Below, in pieces: positions 1 through 10,986 of a DNA stretch of 64,000 bases (positions are counted from its first letter, which is position 1; each line of letters starts with the position of its first letter). Location of the stretch: assembly GCA_040954595.2 (NCBI GenBank), contig CM082580.2, forward strand, positions 3,090,783-3,154,782, in the 5' to 3' direction. Origin of the DNA: Balanoglossus misakiensis (Eukaryota; Animalia; Hemichordata). The notes under the pieces were generated by a model, which did not search any database, was not told the origin of the DNA, and was given only the letters and a program-made list of their open reading frames with translations. The translations under genes and the position numbers were made by a program.

Positions 1-4
1 CGAC

Positions 5-96
5 AACGACTCATTTCTTCAGACCAGACACACACGGACGTTGTGATAACGACTCATTTCTTCAGACCAGACACACACGGACGTTGTGATAACGAC
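5..96. repeat. 43-bp tandem repeat (~2 copies, possibly cut by the window edge)
   Basis: AACGACTCATTTCTTCAGACCAGACACACACGGACGTTGTGAT repeated. Confidence 0.9.
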
Positions 97-961
97 ACGT
101 TGGTTACTTACGCTCGGCAAACTGACGTTCAGTACGGTGTTAATACGCTATAATTTTTTTACGGCACAGGGTTGTACCGACACAGTCATAGGTATCCCGC
201 AAGCTCTGCGGGCCCCATTTCACCATTTCGTCATGTTTCCCGAGTCGATCCCAAAACGCACTTTCCCAAACAGTGCTACCCACGAGTGCGTCCGACACCG
301 CTGGCCATCGAAAAGGTCGATACCCTATGTCGTTGTGGAACCGTCTGTTATAGTAAACAATGCATCGATGCCAAGTACGTTTTTGTCGGACGCAAAAAAA
401 CGGTCTCCCCAGGGTCGGGAATGACCGGCGGAATGTGCCTCTTAGGATAGTGTGCTCTTTGTAGGTCAAGGCAAAGAACCCTGTCGAGACTTTCCTGTCC
501 TAACAGATATTGCCCTCAAAACAGTAGTTCAAAGTCAACCCGTTATAGCGAAGCGCACGCAAACGCCTAGAGACTCCAGCGGGTCGGTAAATCATATCGA
601 TCCATACCGATTCGGTCATTCATCACTCGCCAACGTTCGACTTCTACCCACACCTGAAATCGGGCGCTCTGCTACGGACTCGACAGCGTTAGGGTTAACA
701 ATGCAAGACTTGTCATCATGAACAATAAATTTCAGACTCAAAAATCATATTTACTGAGAGGTAAATGAAATGGAATAGAAATAATTCGCCATAACTGAAG
801 GAGATTAATTTTATTACTAGTTTAAAAAAGCCCAGATTTTTTCCACTTTGCTCCTGAAACTTGTGGGCAAAATGCTACTGATTGAAAAAGGTTAACTTTG
901 AGCCCTGTAAAAAAGAAAAGAAAATTTCTCATTACATTGTATGCTAGTTTCAACAGCTCAC

Positions 962-3204
962 CTGGTTTTTCTCATCTAGGTTAACTCTTCTTCCCAGTAC
1001 ACTTTGTTTCAATTTCAGACCATCTTTCTCCATACCATCTATCAGCTCAGCCGGATTAACAGATGGACCAGCCACATCATAAGTTGTTGATTTGTTATAA
1101 AGTGGACACTGAGAAATAAAATGCAGGGACATTTGTAAACTATAATGTATTTAAATGCAGCTCACACTACATGCCATCAAAATACAATCAAACCTGTATG
1201 TAGTGGCCAGTCAAGGGACTATCCTAAACTGGTCTGTATAGACAGGTGGCCTTTATAGACAGGTCAATTAATGTACATGTAATTGCACATGGACTGTAAC
1301 AAAGTGGCCACCATAATTTATATAGAGGTGGCTGCTATATAGAGGTGGCCACTAAGACAGGTTTGACTGTATAAGGAATTTCCTAGAGTTTCCAAGAGTA
1401 TTGAGGTCAAAATGCTGTTTTTTAATTTTTTTGGAACATTTATGTATTAATTCTGTAAGACTGGGCTTGAAGCCAAAATACTGTTTGCGAAACATTGGTA
1501 CTCCTATATACTCTCTGAGTATTGCAGCAATTATCCCATGATCACTTACCTCTTTATCTGTATTGATATGTCCCCATTTATGGCACTTGATACACCTGAC
1601 ATTACGCACAGCAATACCAAAGGGCTGATCGCGAATATCCATCTCCTTTGCATACGCCTGTCTGGGAGCTCCTCTCTGCCATTCAAACTTGTAGTCAGGT
1701 TCACCATCTTCCTTCACTTTCTCTTTTTTCACACCCTTGGGTGGCTCATACATAAATGTCAACCCATGCACAACTTTCTTATCTCCCATCAGCACTCTAC
1801 GAAAAAATAATTCAATTGACAACTTGACATCAATGTATGCGAAAATGATTGTACTATATACGGTACATTGTACTTTTATATACCAGTTTTGACCAAAACA
1901 ATGGATGATGCAATTGTATATTGACCCTGGCTGAGATACACATTGTACTTAATTTAGATAAAGTGTTAGCCAAATCACAGGTCTTGTTATGGTTCCCATT
2001 GTAGTCCAACCTAGATGGAACACTGCAATGATGACATCTATTTTCATGGACCTTACAAGAAATCAATTTGTATCCTATTTTGCAAAAGAATGCTGTATTT
2101 GTAGTTGAAGTTTGTGCAAGTCTTGGTATTATCCTTCAAGGCCGTGCCTTGGATTATTGTATGTGCTTGTATTTGTTTGTTTGTGGGGGGTTTTCAATTG
2201 GTTTTGTTCTGCACTGTTGAAAGCATTTGACTATAGTGCAGTTTTGGTACCATGGTAAAAATAAGTCATAGCATCACATGCAAGTCCATTGGAAGGCCGG
2301 AGAAAAAAATCAGGCAGGTTTTACAGACTGTTTCCATGACTTGTCAACATTGCATGAATTTCAACCAGAAAGCATGCAGCATTCTTGCAAAATGAGGTAA
2401 AAATTGAAGTTTCGGAGTCCATGAAAATGCATGTCTTTATAATCAGACTTTATCTGCTGTCAGCGTATAGTGGAAAACCAATGTGAGGGAAATCTTAACT
2501 TAGTATATTATTTCATTTGTTAATTTTAATGACCTGTTTTTATAAAGCTCTTGTTCTTTTTCCATTTCTTTTTTCAGATCTTCTTGCTTTTTCGTCTCAT
2601 GTTCCAGTTTCTGTTCTGCCATCCATACCTGCAAAGCAAAAACAAAAACAAAACATAAAGTACATTCGTACACAAACTACTTGAGGTGGCCTGGATGATT
2701 TAGTTTACGGAAGTGATTTTTAGCCTCTATCAGTGACAGACTATGCTGAGTGTCCAGGCCACAGGTCGCACAACTACGGTGCGACCTGTAGTCCAGGCAT
2801 GACTGCTCCGCCTCGGAGCTACATCTGCACTATCATCTTCAACTCCCTTGATTGTACACCCACAACACCCTGTGTTCTAAAATCATGGTGCTCCAAAATG
2901 GCTAGTTATACCTTATTTAGTTTTTCGACAACTTCACATGAAAGACATATATTAAACATATTCACGCGCACACCAAGGAAACACTATTTTGATCACTGGT
3001 TGCGGGTTACATACACATTGATTGTAACAGGTCAAATCACTCAAATACCGCACTTCCGGTTACCAGATTCCCAACATGTACGTAGTGATGTACAGCCTAA
3101 TCTAAATTCGAGAAAATGTGGTAAGAGCTTACCCGTTTTACGTTTGCGTATGAAGCAGGATGAAAATCCTTTTTACACATGAAATTTGCAAAAGACTTCC
3201 CCAT
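962..3204 (-). CDS. CIR1: Corepressor interacting with RBPJ 1 (CIR1), 5' part: exons 3204-3133, 2628-2534, 1796-1550, 1108-962; remaining exons not found in the window
   Basis: Spliced translation [24 protein letters not shown]|[32 protein letters not shown]|[19 protein letters not shown]...[48 protein letters not shown]|CPLYNK...EKNQ matches the recalled CIR1 N-terminus and zinc knuckle. Introns are GT-AG with consistent phases. Confidence 0.93.
1185..1369. mobile_element. Tc1/mariner(pogo)-type MITE family A
   Basis: TIR CAGTCAAACCTGT-like, TA flanks; other copies at 10849, 14012, 29887. Confidence 0.8.
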
Positions 3205-3438
3205 TGTACTATTTTGTTGTGTATTCCGTTACGTCAAATAAAAGCACACAATTTCCCCAGGAGTGTGTCGTGCGTCACAGATCATCAACAAGACACCATG
3301 AGCAATGCTGCATGATGGGAAATTTTCCTTCTGAACTTTGACCCATTACAAAACAGCAGAAGACAAACCTCTGAAGTCTGATACCGAAGGCTTGCAGGCG
3401 ACCCAGGGGCAGGGCAGTGTTTACACATTGTAAAGGCC
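3205..3438. promoter_or_regulatory. Probable bidirectional promoter between CIR1 and OXNAD1
   Basis: Only 234 bp separate the divergent ATGs (3204 - and 3439 +). The region is locally CpG-richer, with an ETS-type CACTTCCGGT at 3051-3060 in CIR1 intron 1. Confidence 0.65.
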
Positions 3439-6400
3439 ATGCGCGGGTTCCTCGACAACAAACACATATCCTACGTGACCTCGACGCTGTTTGCTAGATT
3501 TTCTCACGTTTCTTGCTCCAGACAGTAAGTGGATAATTAGTTACGTTCCCTCGTTAGTATCGTTTATGCTGCTTTGCCTACGCCTGTGTAGTCGCCCACC
3601 TTCTGTGTTTTTGACACAGTCTGCAGCCAAGGTTAGCTGCATGATAAAGTGTATTTCCCCTCGAGGTTTTGTCTGGTGGTGTCAATCTCCGAGGTACCTG
3701 TAGCCATAAAAATCAACACAGAGTGATTGTTTTGCCTGTGGTTCTTACACATATCAGTTCACAGTTGGCCATCAATCATCAAACCTCACTAGTGTCATGA
3801 GTGTGTGTATGACAGAATACACGAATCATAAAATTATTAGTGTACAGTGTAGTTCAATTGTAATTTTTGGTTTCGTCAATTTAACATTGACAGTTTCAGG
3901 ATGGAGAGTACTGGTAACACTTCTGGAAATGGTGAGCATCTTCACCGAACACAACATGATTTTAGACAGAATGTAAGTTTTATGATTTGATCACCATTCT
4001 GGAACATCATTAATTTTTACTGAGGTCCATGTACTCAGTACGATTTGGCTGACATTTATTGGATGATCAGTAGAAAAAAATCAAATGTGCAATTTGATAG
4101 AAAATCTTCACCTCCATCATTAGACTATGCTTTTGTTCTGTTTTAGAATATCACACCAGCAGTTGTCAGTTCTATAACACAGATATCAGATACTGTCAAG
4201 GGTTTGACCTTGAAAGTTACTGATGATAACTGTTCCTTCAAAGCTGGACAGTGGTAAGTAACATAACATTTTATATAATACCTAATGAATGGGTACGTAA
4301 CATGCAATAGAAAAATAACAAATACATGTACATGATTAAACAGGCCACTTTAGACAAAGAGAGGCATTGGTTATATGGCTTGAGGGTTTATCATTGTGTC
4401 TGTGAAGCAACATTAAAATACCAAATAACTGCAGAAAGCTGCCCAGATTTTTCCTCAAAAAGATATAAATATTGCCACCTGTCACAGTGTGTATGGGAGA
4501 AACTTTCAGTAGTTAACGTCAGTTTCTTTATGTTTTTTTTTTTTTTCAGGGTAGACTTTTTCATTCCTGGTATTGAAATTTTCACAGGCTATTCAATGTG
4601 TTCATCTCCAAAAACACTGAGCCAGACAGGAGAGCTCAACCTTGCTGTTAAAATCAGCGATTATCCACCCACTGAATGGGTTCACACTAAGGTATATTTT
4701 TCTCATTATTTTGCAGGGTAGATTTTTTCATTCCTGCTGTCATATCGGTTGGAGGGTTCTCAATGTGCTCATCACCACAGTTGTTGCAAACACAAAAAAT
4801 GCTCAATCTTGCTATTAAATACTCCGAGCACGCACCTGCATTATGGATACATAGAAAGGTATTTTAAGAATTTAACAGGTAAAACTTAAGGGATCTGTTG
4901 GTTGTGATAATTCACTGTCATGGCTCGGTATGCTGTACACATGTGGAAATGCGCTATTCCGGCCAATAATTTAAATGCCATAGGGTCTGTCAAGACCTGC
5001 CGTACCCCAAAGTCAAATTACATGCCTATCAATGATATTGCCCATTGATAACATGAATTTGCAGTAACCATGTGATCTATTATACTTACAGTGTCAAGTA
5101 GACAGCAAAGTTTCCATCAGAGTTGGTGGTAGTTTTTACTATGATCCTCAACCAGATGAACCTACAAGTGATGTACTCTTAATTGCTGGTGGTGTGGGCA
5201 TTAATCCACTCTATGCGATGTTGCTTCATGTAGCTGATCTGCATGCTGCTTATGCTAATGGTGAGAATGTACATCAACCAGGAAAGGTGACATTGCTCTA
5301 CAGTGCAAGATCCTTCAGTGAACTTATCTTCAGGGTAATTAAGACAACTTTTTTTCTGCTTTGTTTTGTTATTTTGTAAGAGGGAACGCAGTTTGCCACG
5401 TAGAACATACATGTAAGAAAAAGTAGCCGAAAGTAAATTATGATTGACACAAAGAGCGGAGTTGTCTTTCAGATTAAAAAACAACAACTTTACATGACTG
5501 TTCATCAATTCTAGACCAACCTTTAATCCTGCAGTCTGAACTCCTAGTCCTACAGCAAAAATATTGAATATGTGAAAGATCTTGTATCTAGATACATATG
5601 AGAATAGCAAGATAAAACCTCTGTGTGGCAGTGTAATGCGTGTATAATGTGCCAATTTCAATGACATTCAACAATTCTGGATGCCATTTCTTCTGATTAT
5701 TTCTGCAGGATGACATTCTGCATCTGTGCCAAACTACACCAAATATGCAGTGTGACTTCTTCACAACAAAGGAAATGAAAACACCATCTGACATTCCGAA
5801 TCTATCAGGTATGATATTTCTAAATTGTATATACAATCATGCATGTTGTTCTTATTTATCAGAGTAGATTCAGCAGGATTAGAAGATGATTACTGATTGC
5901 TGCAGAGTACAATAAGATCAAAAAGCAGACATATTATGATTTGCTGTTCTCATAACTATCAGCCATGTGTGTGCATTTATTCACTCTCGTCAAATAGTTA
6001 AAGCTGAATTGCTGCTCACGTTAGAGCTATGAAGTATCTGAGCTCAGTAGCTGCTAAATATCTGAATGTCAGCTGTCCTGGCAATCCAGCAATCTTGCAC
6101 CTTTATGCTTTGGAGCATACCTGAAATCTGACACTCTTGTTTTGAAAACTCTGGATCACACCATTGTTTTCACTGCTAAAGGGAAAAGGAAATCAAATGG
6201 ATTTGTTACATTGGAGTGATTGGCATGTGGTTAAGACTGATCATTGAAAACAGTTGTACTGGTATATTTGAAGTGGGTCTCAGTTTAAAGTCAACGACCT
6301 CACCTGATGCACAGGTGACTTTACATAAATTTATGTCAACTGACCTAAATAGAAGAACAATGGATTAAATATAGCTGCAAGCAGCGATGACGGGCACAAG

Positions 6401-9400
6401 CTTAAGCCGAAGGTCAAAGGTCATATCTGGTCACCCAAAATTTGGGCAAAAAGTTTTGACCCCCATACTAGTCCAGGTCCAACAGAAACCTGACCTCTAG
6501 CTCTATTGGTTTGTCTGAAATTAGATATGCACATAATTAATGATGTAAAGTGTAAGACTCCATTAATAGTTCAATCCATCCAAACACAAATGCTGTACCT
6601 GTTCTGGATGCCGAGATATAGCAAAGTAGATCAAATGTCACCTGAGGTCACCCAAAATTTGGGCAAAATTTTTGACCCTATACTGATCCATGTCCCACAA
6701 GAACAAAACCTCTAGCCCTATTGGTTAGCCTGGAATTACGTATGCACATAATTAATGAGATATGCAGGTGTCACAGGTGACCCCCAATTTTGGCTTTTCA
6801 ATTTTAGTCCCAACCCTCCAAACGCCAAGTCTGTGCCTGCTCTGGTTGCCAAGATATGGTAAATTAGGTCAAAGGTCACCTGAGGTCATGCAAAATTTGG
6901 GCAAGAAATTTTGACCCTATACTGGTCCATGTTCAACAAAAATCAAACCTCTAACCCCATTGGTTAGCCTGGAATTAGGTATGCACATAATTAATGAGAT
7001 AAGCAGGTGTCACAGGTGACCTTCAATTTTGTCTTTTCAATTTTAGTCACAACCCTCCAAATGCCAAGTCTGTACCTGCTGTGGATGCCGAGATATAGGA
7101 AAGTAGGTCAAAGGTCACCTGAGGTCACCCAAAATTTGGGCAAAAATTTTTGATCCCATACTGGTCCATGTCCCACAAGAACAAAACCTCTAGCCCTATT
7201 AGTTAGCCTGGAATTAGGTATGCACATAATTAATGAGTTAAGCAGGTGTTACAGGTGAGCCCAAAATTTTGCCTTTTATTGTGGTCCCATTCTGCTGACG
7301 GGCCAATAGAGAGTCACTGTACAGGACCATTGCACAGCCAACGTGGACATAGCGTGATAGCTTAACTATAGAAAGTATAGGCCTATGGCTGGGTCCAAAA
7401 ATATGAAAAATAAAAAAATCTTCTTCTCAAAATAGACTTGGCCCACGGCCTTGACATTTGGCATGTAGGACACTGACCACATGGTCTGCAAAAATCGCTA
7501 AAAGAATTTTGATATCTCCATTCATATGCAAATTAGGCCCATTTGAAAACTTTGCCCATATATGGTCATCAGGTCACATGACTTATTAAACATTCACGAG
7601 GGTACAGCACCAGCTCTCATAGGCCTGCACCACTGTGCCAAGTTTGAGATTTGTAGGTTCAGCCGTTTTCAAGATCCTGTTGGGCAAAAAAACGACACAA
7701 GAAAAAAAAAAAGAAGAAATATAGCTGCAAGCAGCGATGACGGGCACAAGCTTAAGCCGAAGGTCAATGGTCATATGTGGTCACCCAAAAATTGGGCAAA
7801 AAGTTTTGACCCCCATACTAGTCCAGGTCCAACAGAAACCAGACCTCTAGCCCTATTGGTTTGTCTGAAATAAGATATGCGCATAATTAATGATGTAAAG
7901 TGTAAGACTCTATCAATAGTTCGATCCATCCAAACACAAATGCTGTACCTGTTCTGGATGCCGAGATATAGGAAAGTAGGTCAAAGGTCACCTGAGGCCA
8001 TCCGAAAGTTTAGCAACAAAATTTGACCCCGTGCCAGTCCAGGTCCAACAAAAATCAGACATCTAACCCTATTGGTTCGCCTAGAATTAGATATGCACAT
8101 AATTAATGAGGTAAAGTATGAGGCTCCATTAGGAGTCACAACCCTCCAAATGCCAAAGCTGTATCTGTGCTGGTTGCCGAGATATGGTAAAGTAGGTCAA
8201 AGGTCACCTGAGGTCACCCAAAATTTGGGCAAAAATTTTTGATCCCATACTGGTCCATGTTCAACAAAAATCAAACCTCTAGCCATATTGGCTAGCCTGG
8301 AATTAGGTATGCACATAATTAATGAGATATGCAGGTGTCACAGGTGACCTTCAATTTTGTCTTTTCAATTTTAGTCACAACCCTTCAAACGCCAAGTCTG
8401 TACGTGCTGTGGATGCCGAGATATAGGAAAGTAGGTCAAAGGTCACCTGAGGTCACCCAAAATTTGGGCAAAAAATTTTGATCCCATACTGGTCCATGTC
8501 CCACAAGAACAAAACCTCTAGCCCTATTAGTTAGCCTGGAATTAGGTATGCACATAATTAATGAGTTAAGCAGGTGTTACAGGTGAGCCCAAAATTTTGC
8601 CTTTTATTGTGGTCCCATTCTGCTCACGGGCCAATAGAGAGTCACTATACAGGACCATTGCACAGCCAACGTGGACATAGCGTGATAGCTTAACTATAGA
8701 AAGTATAGGCCTATGGCTGGGTCCAAAAATATGAAAAATAAAAAAATCTTCTTCTCAAAATAGACTTGGCCCACGGCCTTGACATTTGGGATGTAGGACA
8801 CTGACCACATGGTCCGCAAAAATCGCTAAAAGAATTTTGATATCTCCATTCATATGCAAATTAGGCCCATTTGAAAACTCTGCCCATATATGGTCATCAG
8901 GTCACATGACTTATTAAACATTCACGAGGGTACTGCACCAGCCCTCATAGGCCTGCACCACTGTGCCAAGTTTGAGATTTGTAGGTTCAGCCGTTTTCAA
9001 TATCCTGTTGGGCAAAAAAACGACACAAGAAAAAAAAAAAAAAGATGAAAAACCCCAGTAATACCAATAGGGCACAAGCCTGCTTGGCTTGTGCCCTAAA
9101 AAACCCAGTAATACCAATAGGGCACAAGCCTGCTTGGCTTGTGCCCTAATAAATCAAAGCTTGCTATACTCCAGAGGTAACAAGGTCAAGCAATGTATAA
9201 ATTAGCAGTGTGGCCATTCACAAAATAACCCAAGCTTGCAGTCTGGTTAGTGCTGGACACTCTGACAGCCACTACCCTTTATCTGATTATCTGCCACACC
9301 ACAAAGAAAGGGGCAATCATAAAAATGACCTTTGCAAACACAATAGACCTTGGAGACCCTCTAGGGCCTATGCAAATACAGACATTGGAAAAGTGATTGC

Positions 9401-10017
9401 TTCACTAGTTTATACTGTAAAACACTTTATTTTCGCGAGCAATAAATTTTAGCGAAATACGCGAGAGCCAAAATAGCGTGAAAATAAAAAGTCGCGTAAA
9501 TTTTTCTTTAAGATAATGATGCAGTGAATGAAATAAGAGAACGCGGAAATTAATACTCACGAAACAGTGGCCTCTCTCAATATCGCGAAAATTTCAACTC
9601 GCAAAAATAAAGTGTTTTACAGTACTTTAGAGCCGCCAGACACATAACATGTATCAGGCATGGTGCCTCATCAGCGTCTAGGCATTTCATCTGCACAGTC
9701 GTTGTCTGCACCACGTTGCACCTCAGCTGGAAATTTAAATACCAATGTAACTGCACCTGACTGTGTCTTACACAATTTGATATCAGAGAACAAATAAATG
9801 TTACGCAATTTGAAAAACTATCATGCATTTTCTCTGTTGTATTTTTTCAGCTTGCCGTATCAACAAATCACATGTGGAAACAACACTGGCTGCCATGGAC
9901 AAGAAGACAGTGAAATGCTGCATATGTGGACCAGCTCCAATGATAAACTGTATGGAAGAAATACTCCACTCACTAGGAATTCATGAAAGTCAAATTGCAT
10001 ATGAAAAATGGTGGTGA
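3439..10017 (+). CDS. OXNAD1: Oxidoreductase NAD-binding domain-containing protein 1 (FNR family), about 307 aa: exons 3439-3524, 3894-3972, 4147-4253, [4550-4691 OR 4717-4858], 5092-5334, 5709-5808, 9851-10017
   Basis: Motifs FKAGQWVDFFIP, GGFSMCSSP, LIAGGVGINP, LLYSAR, ICGPAPM and C-terminal YEKWW* match OXNAD1. Joined exons give 924 nt in frame with GT-AG introns. The first coding exon is the least certain. AATAAA at 10061. Confidence 0.92.
4550..4691 (+). CDS. OXNAD1: OXNAD1 alternative exon 4a (142 nt)
   Basis: Long poly-T + CAG acceptor and AAG|GTATAT donor; encodes (W)VDFFIPGIEIFTGYSMCSSPKTLSQTGELNLAVKISDYPPTEWVHTK. Confidence 0.85.
4717..4858 (+). CDS. OXNAD1: OXNAD1 alternative exon 4b (142 nt), the copy closer to vertebrate OXNAD1 as recalled
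   Basis: TTTTGCAG acceptor and AAG|GTATTT donor; encodes (W)VDFFIPAVISVGGFSMCSSPQLLQTQKMLNLAIKYSEHAPALWIHRK. Confidence 0.87.
6367..9150 (-). mobile_element. Non-autonomous Helentron-type (HINE/DINE-1-like) element; outer copy 6367-7716 + 9100-9150, interrupted by a second copy
   Basis: The minus-strand 5' end has a 12-bp hairpin (TAGGGCACAAGC...GCTTGTGCCCTA). GGGCACAAGC recurs at 6392-6401 as a subterminal inverted repeat. A GCTGC-AA-GCAGC stem-loop sits next to the 3' T-run. Internal ~217-240-bp tandem repeats; no TSD. Confidence 0.75.
7717..9099 (-). mobile_element. Complete nested copy of the same Helentron-type element (~1.38 kb)
   Basis: Highly similar to 6367-7716, with both of its own termini (AAATATAGCTGCAAGCAGC at 7717; hairpin at 9068-9098). 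Confidence 0.78.
9415..9622. mobile_element. MITE family B (~208 bp, TA TSD)
   Basis: TIR CTGTAAAACACTTTATTTTCGCGAG; TA flanks; many similar copies in the window. Confidence 0.85.
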
Positions 10018-10630
10018 TAATTTGTGTTAGCAAGCTGCAATGTCAAAACTCTTGGTACTGAATAAAATACAGTGCTGGCTCACTTCATACATAAAACTTC
10101 AGTTATCCTGCAGAAAACTACAAAGACATATGCAGGGGGCTATAGACACTGCTAGCACTATACACCCTGATGTAAGTTTTACCCACAGTTCTGACTGGAA
10201 AGACTTTTGTTATTCTTGAAAATAAACATCAATATGGCCATATAATCATGGAACTGTTTTATCTTACCAAAAATATTTTCGTTGCAGGTTAGAGGGACTT
10301 TTTTACTGTTGAAATCTTATATCGGCCCTCATAAGGCTTAAATTAGTCAACATGATTATCTTCGCAGACAATTTTAGTAAAATGAACCAGTATTTCCTAT
10401 ACCTTATACATGAACTATTTAATAGTCATTGTAATGAAATCTATGCATATGTTACAGTAAATACCCAAGAACAATTAAGGTCAAGCTAGGCAATAGACAA
10501 TACAGTCAAATGTTATGGAGTCGTCATTATTTACAGCATGGGTTGGGGGGGGGGGGGAAGATTTACACTAGAAACTCAAAAATTCTGAGTAACACCCCCC
10601 CCCCCCCCTTGCCAGGCATGCAGAATTTAA

Positions 10631-10717
10631 CCCTTTCACCCCCAGTTCCCTCTTTAGAGACATCCAATCCTACCATAGAAAACAATGGGTTTGGGCTGAA
10701 CCATGGTGATGAAAGGG
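10631..10717. mobile_element. Tiny piggyBac-like MITE (TTAA|CCC...GGG|TTAA)
   Basis: TIR CCCTTTCA, TTAA both sides; related copies at 18487-18570 and ~61003-61088. Confidence 0.7.
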
Positions 10718-10848
10718 TTAAGTATTCTCTAAGAGTGGTATGTAAATTTCTGGGGATATTTTGATTTTGTATACATTAGTTAATACATTCTGATTTTCTT
10801 GGCTCTGTCAGTGTGTTTTTGCTGAGTAATAACCAAGAAAACACTGTA

Positions 10849-10986
10849 CTTTCAAACCTGTCTATAGAGGCCAGTCAAGGGACTTTCCTAAACTGGCCTT
10901 TATAGACAGGTGGGTTTCATGATTGCACAGGGACTGTAACAATTGGCCACTATAAATATAGGTGGCCACTAACACAGGTTTGACTG
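10849..10986. mobile_element. MITE family A copy (internally deleted)
   Basis: TCAAACCTGTCTATAG...ACAGGTTTGACTG with TA flanks. Confidence 0.78.

Noticed and set aside
7562-9117. Duplicated ORFs (7562-7873, 7586-7774, 8914-9117)
   Set aside because: They lie inside the non-autonomous Helentron-type repeat and have no protein motifs.
9045-9150. Two palindromic 50-bp direct repeats, superficially CRISPR- or terminator-like
   Set aside because: Eukaryotic context with no spacers or cas genes; explained as the two 5' termini of nested elements.
10009-10020. OXNAD1 TGA as a possible selenocysteine or readthrough codon
   Set aside because: EKWW is the normal family C-terminus and TAA follows immediately.
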